DNA of 64,000 bases from Octopus vulgaris (lineage: Eukaryota): the NCBI GenBank assembly GCA_951406725.2, contig OX597819.1:94054001-94118000 (forward strand), in the 5' to 3' direction. A program made the translations under genes and the position numbers. Positions 29,135 to 41,663 of this stretch are shown piece after piece. Position 1 is the first letter of the stretch, and each line of letters begins with the position of its first letter. Below the pieces are notes generated by a model. That model worked only from the letters and a program-made list of their open reading frames with translations, was not told the origin of the DNA and made no database searches.

Positions 29135-29448
29135 CCCATGCCAGTAGCACGTAAAAAGCACCATCCGAACATGGCTGATGCCAGCACCGCCTGACTGTCA
29201 TCCGTGTTGGTGACATGTACAAGCACCAACCGATCGTGGCTGTTTGCCAGCCTCGTCTGGCCCCTATGTTGGTGGCACGTAAAAAGCACCCACTACACTC
29301 ACGGAGTGGTTGATGTTAGGAAGGGCATCTACCTGTAGAAACACTGCCAGATCAGACTGGAGCCTAGCATAGCCTCCTGGCTTCCCAGACCCCGGTCAAA
29401 CATTCCAACCAGTGCTAGCATGGAAAACAGACGTTAAACGATGATGAT
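29135..29448 (+). mobile_element. RTE LINE 3' UTR
   Basis: Same motifs and (GAT)n tail as the reverse complement of 61467-61850. Confidence 0.8.
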
Positions 29449-29564
29449 GTACATCTGGGTAAATATCTATATTTATATATATATACATATGTTTGTGTAT
29501 ATATGTGCATATCTCTCTATCTATCAATATAAATATGTATATGTTTGGATTTTTTTATTCATTT

Positions 29565-29776
29565 TAATTGTTTCAGTCATTTTGACTGTGGCCATGCTGG
29601 AGCACAACCTTTTAGCTGAAGATATCAATCCCCTGAACTTATTCTTTGTAAGCCTGGTACCTATTCTATCAGTCTCTTTTGCTGAACCGCTAAGTTACAG
29701 TGACGTAAACACACCGACATCGGTTGTCAAGCAATGGTGGAGGGACACAAACACACAAATATGTACACACACAAAC

Positions 29777-29817
<41 letters not shown>

Positions 29818-30049
29818 TATACACCAGGCTTCTTTCAGTTTCCATCTACCAAATCTACTCGCAAGGCTCTGGTCTGTCTGAGGCTATAGTAGAAGACACT
29901 TGCCCAAAGTTCCATGCAGAGGAACTGAACACGAAACCATGTGGTTGGTAAACAAGCTACTTACCACACAGCCCCGTCTGCACCTATATATATATATATA
30001 GATAGATAGTGAATTTGGTAGACAGAAACTGAAAGAAGCCCGTCGTATG

Positions 30050-30086
<37 letters not shown>

Positions 30087-30312
30087 ATATGTTTGTGTGT
30101 CTGTGTTTGTCCACCCACCCACCCACCAACATCACTTGACAACCGATGCTGGTGTGTTTACGTCCCCGTAACTTAGCAGTTCAGCAAAAGAGCCTGATAG
30201 AATAAGTACTAGGCTTACAAAGAACAAGTCCTGGGTTCAATTTGCTCGACTAAAAGCGGTGCTCCAGCATGGCCACAGTCACATAGCTGAAACAAGGAAA
30301 AGAGTAAAAGAG
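29565..30312. mobile_element. Two SINE family A copies in opposite orientation (29565-29985 minus, 30008-30312 plus)
   Basis: The minus copy is complete. The plus copy lacks its head. They are separated by a short TA tract. Confidence 0.85.
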
Positions 30313-31681
30313 AGCAGATATATGTATGTATGTATGTATGTATGCATGCATATATCTATGTATGCATGCATATATCTATATGTGTGTGTTTCTGTGCCTG
30401 TGTTTGACCCCCAACTGGTGTTGGTGTGCTTACATACCTGCAACTTAGCAGTTCAGCAAACAAGACAGGTAGAATAAGTATTAGACTTTGTAAAACAATA
30501 GTGCTGGTCAAGTTGTTCAACTAAAAACCCTTCAATGTAGTGCTCCAACATGGCTGCAATCAAGTAACTGAAAAAATAAAAGATAAAAGATAGTGTGTAT
30601 TTTGTGTATAACGTGTACTCTGTGTCTTATGTATTATGTGTAATACCTACTTGATTATTTAAGGTATTGAACACTTAGTCCATGGCTCATAGCCTTAATA
30701 TTTTAGGAAATTCATTATATCATGTCTTTACCTTAGAGGAGGTACTTAACTCTAATCTCCGATCTGAAATCAGGTTTATTACAATGCACTTCTCGGTATC
30801 CTACTTTGGAAGCTGAATCATGAATTCTACTATTTAGGCAATCCAAGATATCTTTAAAATGTCTAATGTGAGAGGGGAGTACATATAAATAGGAAAACAC
30901 ATAAACATATATGTTTATAATTGAGAATATGAAACCACAGAGCTGTAGAAATCATAATGGCAATGAAAATTAACTAAATGATATGGCTTCAATTTCTGAT
31001 TGATTCCATTACAATTCTTTTTATTCTTCATTTCTGTTTTCCCCTCTATGTATATTACATAAATTGCAGTATTTCTCTCTCTCGTATTAGAGAAGGAAAT
31101 GTATGTATATATCTATATGTATATGCAGACACACACACACACATATGTGTGGAAGAATCTATACATATTCATGCATATATGTTAGTGTTTATACAAAATG
31201 CAGTGTTTACTACACATACACACACCTATGTTGAAATGTGCTGAGTCTGCTACAATCGTTTCGCAATACAGAATTATTCCTTCATACCCAAAATGAGGAA
31301 TTCAACCATCACACAAATTTCCAAATTTTAGGTAACAAATTAGCAGTGTCATTAGAGTATCAGAGACAAATGACTTGTGATATTTTTTCTAAGTTCAAAT
31401 CTCAACATGGCCAACTTTACCATTCATAGAGGAGTCAATAAAAAAAGTACTAACAGAGGGCAGTGAATTGGCAGAACAGTAAAAACATCAGAAGTGAGGG
31501 CTAGCAGTATTTGCTTCAGCTCTTTGTGTTCTGAGTTCAACTCTTACCTTGATCTACTTATCTTTAAGATTTTTACATGTATTAATCATTGGACTGCAGC
31601 CATGCTGGGATATAAGGAAACCAACACTGATTATTAAACAGTGAGGAAGAAAAATACAGATACATATATATATATATATAT

Positions 31682-31739
<58 letters not shown>

Positions 31740-31884
31740 TGAAATAGAAAGATGAATAATCTTGTAGTAGATTAATCAAAAGTTTAACCGATACCTTAGT
31801 AGCAAAAATCACAGCAGTAAACAGCACGGTTGGAGGTACAACCATATGGTGTTGCAACCGTGCGTTGGTGCGGATAATTGAAAT

Positions 31885-32039
31885 TAAAACATTATTGGTG
31901 AATTGAAGAAATGGAGCTGAACGCAGATTGAACAGAAATCGTTTTATTTCATTCTACACGTGTTTCGAAACACGTGTAGAATGAAATAAAACGATTTCTG
32001 TTCAATCTGCGTTCAGCTCCATTTCTTCAATTCACCAAT

Positions 32040-32048
<9 letters not shown>
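31885..32048. repeat. Perfect 164-bp palindrome (82-bp arms, no spacer)
   Basis: Arms checked base by base, centred on GTTTC|GAAAC. Each strand carries the hammerhead 3' half CGAAACACGTGTA. The insert is bounded by (TA)n tracts. Confidence 0.95.
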
Positions 32049-32096
<48 letters not shown>

Positions 32097-32587
32097 CTGA
32101 GAGAAATAAGAAAATAACTCTTTACCCTCACCCATTTATTACACTCGGTAATGCAGTTGTGATGCAATGAAATAACACTTGTATATTAATAATTGGGTAT
32201 TCTACCAGCAGTATATTGGATAGATATTATCCCTTAGTTGGTTGGATTCACAACCTCAAACTTTCTTGGAATTATATATATGCACCTTATTCAATAAAAT
32301 TATGATAGTTACTTTGATTACTATGCATAAAATGCCATTTTTTAAATTTTATGTAGATTAGATAGGCATAAGTCACCCCTGCATTTCAATCTCAGTATTT
32401 AAGCTACACATAGTATTGCTGTAGCACATGTGCTGCATACATTCCTACAACACTGTTTTCTTTATGGGATATAAATCTGCTTCCAACTCAGTCATGCGCC
32501 TGTGTTTCAGTTTTTTTTTTTTTGTGTGTGTTTTACTATATAAACATCACCAACCACCTGCACTGAGTAATTACTGATGGCACATGC

Positions 32588-32631
<44 letters not shown>

Positions 32632-32711
32632 AATATGTACGTATGTATGTATGTATATATATATATATACACATATGTATGTGTGTGTGTGTATGTATGT
32701 ATGTATGTATG

Positions 32712-32756
<45 letters not shown>

Positions 32757-32854
32757 GCATATATATATATCAGTGTATCATATATCTGAAAAAGAAGCAC
32801 ACTCAAAAGCATAGAGCAGTAATATATTTATATGTAGTTAGGCATATGCCCAGG

Positions 32855-32918
32855 CAGAGTGACCAATAGTTTCGCATCCACAAATTGCTTAGCTCTATAG
32901 ATAACTCATCAGACTCTA
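32855..32918 (-). ncRNA. Type I hammerhead ribozyme motif (Penelope-type) with intact core
   Basis: Minus strand reads UAGAGU CUGAUGA G-UUAUCUAUAGA...UUUGUGGAUG-C GAAA C UAUUG G UC ACUCUG. Stem I is AGAGU/ACUCU, stem II is extended, stem III is minimal, and the cleavage triplet is GUC. Confidence 0.8.
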
Positions 32919-33210
32919 ATGATGAAGGTACTATAGCTCTTCAAACTGTGGAGGTAGGATTCAGTTACAGTCAGTTAGTAAACAAAGAATAAACAATCCA
33001 GGTCGGCAAACATGGGTTATCTTCAGCTGGCAGTCTCTATGGGTTAAAAAGACAAACGAGGAACTTTGTCCTTAGGTTGCTTTTAGTTCATAAGAATTTT
33101 TGGGGATCTAATCGATGAAAGGGAAGTCTCATGCTTGCAGCAGGTAGTGTTTGAAAATATATTTATAAAGAAAAATAAAAAACTCAAAAATATGGAGAAT
33201 TATACATTAT

Positions 33211-33572
33211 AGGTGCAGGAGTGGCTGTGTGGTAAGTAGCTTGCTTACCAATTACATGGTTCTGGGTTCAGTCCCACTGCATGGCACATTGGGCAAGTAT
33301 CTTCTACTATAGCCTTGGGCCAACCAAAGACTTGTGAGTGGATTTGGTAGATGTAAAGTGAAAAAAACCTGTCACATATGTGTGTGTGTGTTTATTTGTC
33401 TATGTTTGTCCCCCCCCCCCACCTGGTGTGTTTACATCCCTGTAACTTAGTGGTTTGGCAAAAGAGACTGATAGAATAAGGCTTACAAAGAATAAGTCCT
33501 GGGGTCGATTTGTTCAACTAAAGGTGGTGCTCCAGCATGGCAACAGTTAAATGACTGAAACAAATAAAAGAA
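33211..33572 (+). mobile_element. SINE family A
   Basis: GGTGCAGGAGTGGCTGTGTGG head through GACTGAAACAAATAAAAG tail. Confidence 0.88.
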
Positions 33573-35220
33573 TATACAATATGCAATTTGCTTCTGTATG
33601 TTTTAGATAGACTGGCATTTCAGAATTTTGTGATACTGTAATCAGGTATACTAATCAATCCCATATTTGATTAACTAAGATTCTATGGAGATAGAGAAAT
33701 TTAGTGGCATCCTATCCTTATCAAAGTTATACCATGCTGTTCAGAGTAGCGAAAATTTTCAGGGAAACAGATAGTAATAAAACTACCAATATTTAACCAG
33801 TAAGAGGGGTAAGAGAAGTAGTTCAGTAGATCTACTTAGGAATAGTATTTGGCAGATCATACCAGAAATGTAATATGATACTTAGTTTCCTAACACCTAC
33901 CCATCAATTTGAAGAATGTTTATGGCAAAAATTCCTACTTATTTAAGCTATTACTGACCAATTCAAATAGGGAGAGGAAATATGTAGAATTAAGTTAATC
34001 AGTAGATAACTATTTAGGCCATAATGGAAATGTCATTTGATCATTATTAAATCTAAGCATAAACTGTATCTATATATATATATATAGGGTACTAAACATT
34101 GGATAACTATTGAACTCACTCAAATTAAATTAGTTACATGTGAGTATGTGTGTGTGTGCGTGTGCATGTGTGTGTGTGTGCATGCGTGTGTGTGCATGCG
34201 CATATGTGTGTATGTGCATTATAACAGTTTGACTCAGCTCCATATGACTTAAAATTTTGTGGACTCAAGGATATGTTAAAGAGATGAATATGTATGTGTG
34301 TATATATATCATCATCATCATCATCATCATCATCGTTTAACGTCCGCTTTCCATGCTAGCATGGGTTGGACAGTTCAACTGGGGTCTGGGAAGCCCGAAG
34401 GCTGCACCAGGCCAGTCAGATCTGGCAGTGTTTCTACAGCTGGATGCCCTTCCTAACGCCATTTATATATATATATGATATATGATATATAATATATAAA
34501 AACATGTAATATACAAATAAATATCTGTAAATATAAAACCATCTGAATTTCTGATTGCCTCATTTCTTCTAATATAAGATACCTGTACATCATCTTCAAA
34601 CCTTCTAATATATATATATGTATGTATATATATATGCGTGTGTGCGTGCGTATATGCATATATATATACATGTATTTATATGTATATGTGTGTGTGCATG
34701 TGTGTGAGTAAGTGTGTGTGTATATTATGTTGTATGGTAATATATTTCTTCAAAAACACATGCACTTACTTGCTAGAACTGCAGGAAATCTACTTATATC
34801 AAGACTACCAGTCAATAATTAAGTTGTTATACTATTTATTCTATTAAATATACTGATCTTAAAGTAGAATTTAAAATAGTAATTTCATATATGAAATGAC
34901 TTAAAATAAAATATAATAGCCACATGGAAAATTTCCATACAGATTCTCCTACTGTAAATCATAAGTCTATTTGTTATATACTATAATTAAATATATCTTT
35001 CTGCATAATCAAAGACTTTTAAATTAAACTTCTATACATACTTCCACCTATGATTTAAAATAGCATGAAGTTTATCTGAACAAAGATCAATAGTTAATAA
35101 TTATATAATTGTGCAATATTAATTATATCCCTGCCTTTATAATTTATTCAAAAAACTTTGCTTGTGTTATACTGTTTCCATTACTTCTTGAGTGATTATA
35201 TTGTTTTTATATAATTATTA

Positions 35221-35251
<31 letters not shown>

Positions 35252-35550
35252 GTTGCTTTGTTTTATATGAGCTGTTCCAAGTTTCATGCCAGACACCTCC
35301 GGTAACAGCATGTTGGATGTTTTACTTATAGGTGTTATTTATGATTAACAATGATATAGTGTAGGGAAAGGAGACCATATTCTGATAACTAAGACTCTGA
35401 TAAATTTTTAATATTTCAATCAGATATTTTCAAGGTGAGAGTATTTTTCTTAGAATACAGGCAGTATCCATGGCAACAATTTTTTTTGTATTGTTATACT
35501 TTTGGGTTTTCTAGTGTTTGGCCATAGTCTATAGGTGTTTATTATTATTA

Positions 35551-35945
35551 TCTCTTATTATAAAAGGCAGATTTTATCTGCCTCCCTTTGGGAGTTATAC
35601 AAATCTACAATATAGGATTTCTTCAATTACAATTTACCTACCATTTTTGAGAGTACAATGCATCGCGTCATGCCAGGTCCAGTTTTTAAAATTTAAACTC
35701 CAATTAAGCAAAATTTACAGAAAACTCACATTCTGGTGTGTGTGTCAAATGCTTTTCTTAGTCTGGTTTACACCACACGCAAACGCACACACACAGTGGG
35801 CAACGAATAAAATGAAAGTAAATAGCGACAGTGATTTGAGGAAGACTAAAGTGAAAGTATTCTGTCTATGACGCTGATAGACACATGAGTAAAATGTATG
35901 GGAAGCTAAGAGCTAAGAGTGAGTGAAAATGTTCTTGGGAGAGAG
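35551..35945 (+). mobile_element. Probable Helitron/Helentron-like 5' fragment
   Basis: A|TCTCTTATTATAAAA start followed by the short inverted repeat AGGCAGA-TTTTA-TCTGCCT. No 3' hairpin-CTAG seen. Confidence 0.45.
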
Positions 35946-36014
35946 TAATTAGTAATAAAGTAAACATACACTCATACATACATACATACATACATACATA
36001 CATACATACATACA

Positions 36015-36046
<32 letters not shown>

Positions 36047-36283
36047 CACACACACACATACACACACACATACATACACACACATACATACATACACACA
36101 TACATACATACATACATATACATACATACATACATATACATACATACATACACACACACACATACACACACACACATTATTGAAGCTTGAGAACAATCAG
36201 ATACATTTGCAACACATCTGTTGAAAATATTATTGTTCACACACATACATATACATATATACATACAGACAGACAGACAGATA

Positions 36284-36325
<42 letters not shown>

Positions 36326-36377
36326 ATCCAGCATGGCCACAACCTCAAGGCTGAAACATATAAAAGAATAACAGAAT

Positions 36378-36740
36378 ATAAATGTGTGCAAAGTACAAGA
36401 AATATTAATGCAGTATATGGGGATTGGACAATAAGCGTAAGGCAGTGTCAGTGGTGGTTCCAGAAATCCCGAGCCATAAACTACAGCCTAGAAGACGAGC
36501 CTCATCCTGAAAGATCTGTAGAACTCGACAAGGACATCCTGAAAACCCTGGTGGAACAAAATATCATCGTAACTGTTGAGGAATTAGCAGAGAAGCTTGG
36601 ATTTGGTCATTCAACCATTCATTGACACCTGTGTGCTATCGGAAAAGTCAGCAAATTGGGTCAATGGGTTCCTCACGAACTTTCCGAGTCTAATTGCATG
36701 CAGAGACTGAATGTATGCTTTTCTTTGCTGTCATATCTCA
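36378..36740 (+). mobile_element. Mariner transposase remnant
   Basis: RNINAVYG..QWWFQK..SLEDEPHPERS..TVEELAEKLGFGHSTIH*HL..IGKVSKLGQWVPHEL: HTH region plus the WVPHEL motif, with an internal stop. Confidence 0.9.
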
Positions 36741-36760
36741 CCACTACTGCGCTATGTATA

Positions 36761-37397
36761 TCTATATATATAAAACTGTAGTTGTGTGAGTGTCTGTCCC
36801 CTTCGATTTAGATTCCTAACTACTCCCACATTTTGCGGTACAGTTTAACCAAATTCGGGTAGCTTATAGTCGTGATTCATATCGAGCCTGTCTGAATATT
36901 AGCGCGCGTCTACGATGAGTCTACGATTTTAAAAATAATTTAACATCATTTTTTATTCCATTTTAATGCATAATTTTTCGTGTGTCGATGGCGGCGGAGT
37001 TGGCGTCCACGCTCACACCTGCACCTGTGGGGAAGGGAGTGTAAGGAAATCAACGTCGTAATGCGTTGTCAAGGAGACCAGTGTTCTTTTAGAACAACGA
37101 CTTTATTGCTTGAAGACACCAAAACAGAAATGGCTAAGAAAGCGTCTACATGAGTCTACGATTTAAAAAAAAATTTACCATCGTTTTTTTCCCATTTTAA
37201 TGCATTTTTTCGCTATTATATAAGGGAAGTAACTCTCTAAAAATGTCTACGATGAGTCAACGATTTAAAAAAAAAATTACCATCATATTTTTTCCATTTT
37301 TAATGCATTTTTTGCTATTTTTTGGCTATAACTCTCTAAAAATGCTTATATAGTTATTTCCCTTACAAACCCGAGCAACGCCGGGCGATACTGCTAG
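36761..37397 (+). mobile_element. Non-autonomous Helitron
   Basis: Starts A|TCTATATATATAAAA and ends with the hairpin CCCGAGCAACGCCGGG followed by CTAG|T. Contains three internal copies of a GTCTACGATGAGTCTACGATTT block. Confidence 0.85.
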
Positions 37398-37551
37398 TAA
37401 TTATTATAATTATTTCATTATATGATGTTAATGGTAGTCTCTCTTGAATCCTTGTGTTATTCATATATATATATATATATATATAACAATTTAGCTAGGT
37501 GTTAAATAACCACCAAAAGGATATTAAATATCCAAAAGAATTTATTGGTTT

Positions 37552-37589
<38 letters not shown>

Positions 37590-37914
37590 GGTAAGTAGCT
37601 TGCTTACCAACCACATGGTATAGAAGAGAGAGAAAGAAAAGTGTCCAGTCCTCAGAACATCATGCAGGAAAAGAAAGATGGTCACATATGGAAAAGAAAG
37701 ATGGACGATGGTCATGTGTGCACAATGAGAGAGAGGAAAAAGAGAAAGTGGGGAGAGAGACAGACAGATAGAAAATGGTGAAGGGGATAAAAAGAGAATT
37801 AGAGAAGGATGGAGGAGAAAACAGTATAGAGTAGAGTCACATGAAAAAGGTCAAGATAAACTTACTTGGAAATTGATGTATGGTGTTGAATTAATAATAT
37901 AAATAAATTTCTAA

Positions 37915-37961
<47 letters not shown>

Positions 37962-37979
37962 CATATGTTTATGTATATT

Positions 37980-38019
<40 letters not shown>

Positions 38020-38020
38020 T

Positions 38021-38182
38021 GAGTCATGGAATGGAGTTGTTAAGATCCAGGTTAAATATGTTTCATAGTGAGTGGAACCTTAGAAGTGGTAAAAATCCAA
38101 GCTTGGATTTTTACTACTTCTGAAGTTCCACTCACTATAAAACTTATGTAGCCCAGATCTTACCAACTCCATTCCATAACTC
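38021..38182. repeat. Imperfect ~162-bp palindrome (MITE/foldback)
   Basis: GAGTCATGGAATGGAGTTG...AAAAATCCAAG|CTTGGATTTTT...CAACTCCATTCCATAACTC, next to (TA)n. Confidence 0.85.
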
Positions 38183-38868
38183 TTGTATACTCATTTGCAC
38201 ACCTGGAAACCCTGGCCACCTACTGTGAAATAAATAAAAAAAAACACTTTTATCAGCTTATCATACTTTAATACAAAAAAATCCACCACCTTACATCTCA
38301 ATAAACCACTATTGCTGCTGAAAGTTGTTGTATTTTTTATATTTACTACGGATTAAAAAATTAAAAGTTTAAAAGTTTATAAATTTAAAATTTAAAAAAT
38401 ATAAAAATATAAAAATTTATAAATATAAATTTAAAATTCTAAATTTAAATAATTCAAATTTTAAATTTTGTATTTTATTTATTTTGTATATTATATTAAT
38501 TATATTTATTTTTATGTTTTGGTTTATGTCTTTCACTGTTTGATTTGCCTAATAGTGGTTTTATCTCTAATTTAATTTATATTTACACTGTAAAATTTGA
38601 TTTAATCCTAAATCTAATTTTTCCCTGTAAGTTTGGATATACTCCCTAATATTATATATATATATAATTGGTGAGAGAAATGAAAAGTGGATTTTGTATG
38701 AATAAAGATTTGTACCAAATCCACTTTCCGTTTCCCTCATCACTTATAAACCAAACAAACACTGTGGAATTCCTGATGTAGATGCAGTGAAAATTATACC
38801 GTAACTGCAGATGACATTGGGTAACCTGAATGGTAAATGTGCTTTAAGTGGTATACTAATAGACAAGC

Positions 38869-39112
38869 CTGCATGGGATGGATGTAGGTGTCTTCAAAAT
38901 AAAGCTGGACCTCTTCCTGTCAGGTGTACCAGATGAACCAACTTCATGGCAGGAGGTGCAGATGAGGGCAGCTGCATCAAAATTTCTCATGCACCAAATG
39001 TCAATTGCTAAAAAGCATTCGTGAAGTAAAATTATGTAGCAACACCAAATAGCGGTGCCCCAGCATGGCCACAGCTCGTGAGCTGAAACTAGATGAAATA
39101 AGAAAGAATAAA
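38869..39112 (+). mobile_element. 3' end of a CR1/L2-group LINE whose tail matches the major SINE
   Basis: ORF end LHGMDVGVFKIKLDLFLSGVPDEPTS..*, then GCGGTGCCCCAGCATGGCCACAGCTCGTGAGCTGAAAC. Confidence 0.7.
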
Positions 39113-39322
39113 ATTATATCTATAATATATATATACTCACACATAGAATCTGTGTCAGCATAATGTAATAAAGTGTTCCACAAAGAATTTATGTGAACCT
39201 GTATCCAGTTGCACAATGAACATACACTGCAGAGGATGCAAATAGCCACAATAGTGGAACATGTGTAGGAAACAAATGGTATTAAATGCATCTTGTGCTT
39301 ATTGTTTAGCATACTTTTCCTT

Positions 39323-39357
<35 letters not shown>

Positions 39358-39533
39358 ACATATATGCACATGTGTTTGTGCATATTAGCCTCCAAGTATA
39401 ATTTCATATCTAAATCTATGCTTGTACCATTATGTATGCAACTACACTTACATCCCCATTCTTTGTTTTCCATTTGCATTGGGTTTTTATCCAATATGCT
39501 TTGCACACACTGCACACATTTGTATTTGCACAG

Positions 39534-39622
<89 letters not shown>

Positions 39623-39872
39623 TACATGCATACCTGTTCACATGCTACTGTTTGTGTGAAGCTGAGCCAAGCATTGAGTATCTATATTTGCCTTAAGCTA
39701 TCCTAGTGTACTGGACATGTGAAAGATAATCTGTAAAGAAAGACACCATATAAGAGTGATATTGATAAAGAATATCATTGTTTGGTTGTTGAGTCAAAGA
39801 TAGCACTTTTAGATATTTACATTTCAATGAAAATACATATGTGTATTTATATATATATATATATATATTAAG

Positions 39873-39920
<48 letters not shown>

Positions 39921-40161
39921 GATAGAAAGCATGTAACAGAGTGAGAGCTATATGTACGTTTGTATGTATACAAGCACACAATTTATATTATGTGTGTGCA
40001 TGTGTGAGGGTGTGTATGTGTGACTGCATGTGAGCATGTGTGTGTGTATATATATATACATACATATACATATATATATGTATGTAGGTATGTAATATAT
40101 ATAGACACATATATATACATACATACATACATGTATATATATATACATTTGTACATACATT

Positions 40162-40227
<66 letters not shown>

Positions 40228-40649
40228 TATACATATCATTTAATATACTGCACAGTACTTAAGACAGAGCTACTAATAGTTTCATGCCATATTGACACAA
40301 TAATTCGTGAGATTTATATAATATGCCATGTGACTCCAAGTACTTGATGGCGTACTTTTTTCGTTGGTCTTACCTTATGTTCGTGTGTGTGTTTGTATAT
40401 AATATAGGCATGTGTATATAATATATATGTGCGCATATGAATATAAGTATGCATATAATTTTTGTAGAGTAGGTTTTAACCCCTTAGCCCTTTAGCATTC
40501 AGAGTGCACTGTCAAATGTAATCATTATTAATTCACATTGTTTTGATTCAATCATGCATTATCTCATAGCTTCAAGATTTTAGCAATGTAAATGTTCACT
40601 TATAAAATAACAATCTAGGTTAGATGTGAGAGTCAAGATCAGGCCAGTT

Positions 40650-41028
40650 TGTTAGTTAGTTAGTTAGTTAATTTTTTGGCGCAAAAAGCAAGGTCATGTA
40701 GGGGGACATGGAGTTATGTACAGGGTGGTGTTCATGTAAAGAGTTCAGGCCACTTGAGGTCAAGGGAGACTTTGAACCGAGCGGTCGTCAGCATCTTCAC
40801 CATCTCGTCTGGCAGCTTATTCCACAGATCTGCGACCCGGACGGAGAAAGCCCCTCTCCTTCGATTGAGAGGAAATCGTCACAGATAGAACTTTTCGGAA
40901 TGACCCCGCAGCCAATGCTCTAGAGCAGGAGTGAAGAACAGCTCTTTTGAGAGGTTACACTTTCCACTTATGATGTTGTGAGCAAGAATGAGATCTCCAC
41001 GGCGTCGTCGTTTTTCTGGAGAATAAAG
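40650..41028 (-). mobile_element. 5'-truncated CR1-group LINE
   Basis: LYSPEKRRRRGDLILAHNII..LRGHSEKF..FSVRVADLWNKLP..FKVSLD with one internal stop. (TAAC)n tail, and AGTTTG on both flanks as a possible TSD. Confidence 0.88.
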
Positions 41029-41296
41029 TTTGAGCATGAAACAGATAGAATATCTGGACTGGATATAGCAGATTTAAATGCTAATGAGTTGAAGGACAAA
41101 GTTTGCAATATGGTTGTGATTTTAATTTTGTATTTCTCTCTTATGGGAATGAACATCACAACTCCCTTTTTAACCTAAATCTTCTAAGGTTAACTGACGA
41201 CTTATTATTCTTGGAGATATATATATTACATGAAGGATCATATTCGGTGATTACTCATTCTATTTGAAAGTAATTTGGAGAACTACTCTTTTCAAT

Positions 41297-41663
41297 ATTT
41301 ACATTATTTACATTCGACGGATATTTGCCCTCATCTTGTTTGTTGTTAACACAACGTTTCGACTGATATACCCTCCAGCCTTCTTCAGGTTCTTCTGTGG
41401 TTAAGATTGCGGGCGACTAACCCCAAGATTCTGAGTTCGATTCCAAGCAGTGACCTGAACACTAACAATAATAATAATAATAATAATAACAATAACAACA
41501 TAAAAAAATACATTAGGAATTTCTCCAAGACACCTGAAGTAGGCTGGAGGGTATATCAGCTGAAACGTTGTGTTAACAACAAACAAAGTGAGGACAAATA
41601 TTCGTCAAATGTAAATAATGTAAATAATGTACATAACTCCTCATCTCTTAAATATAGAACTGT
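41297..41663 (+). mobile_element. tRNA-headed short element carrying a Penelope-type minimal hammerhead, preceded by an inverted partial copy of its 3' part
   Basis: tRNA-like segment 41396-41455 (GTGGTTAAG, B-box GAGTTCGATTCC), then an (AAT)n spacer. Hammerhead motif at 41529-41574 reads GACAC CTGAAGTA GGCTG..CAGCT GAAA CG TT GTGTT. 41297-41390 is an inverted copy of about 41532-41625. Confidence 0.7.

Noticed and set aside
41396-41455. tRNA gene
   Set aside because: The 5' acceptor and D-arm are truncated and no cloverleaf forms. Treated as a SINE-type head, as are the other tRNA-like heads.
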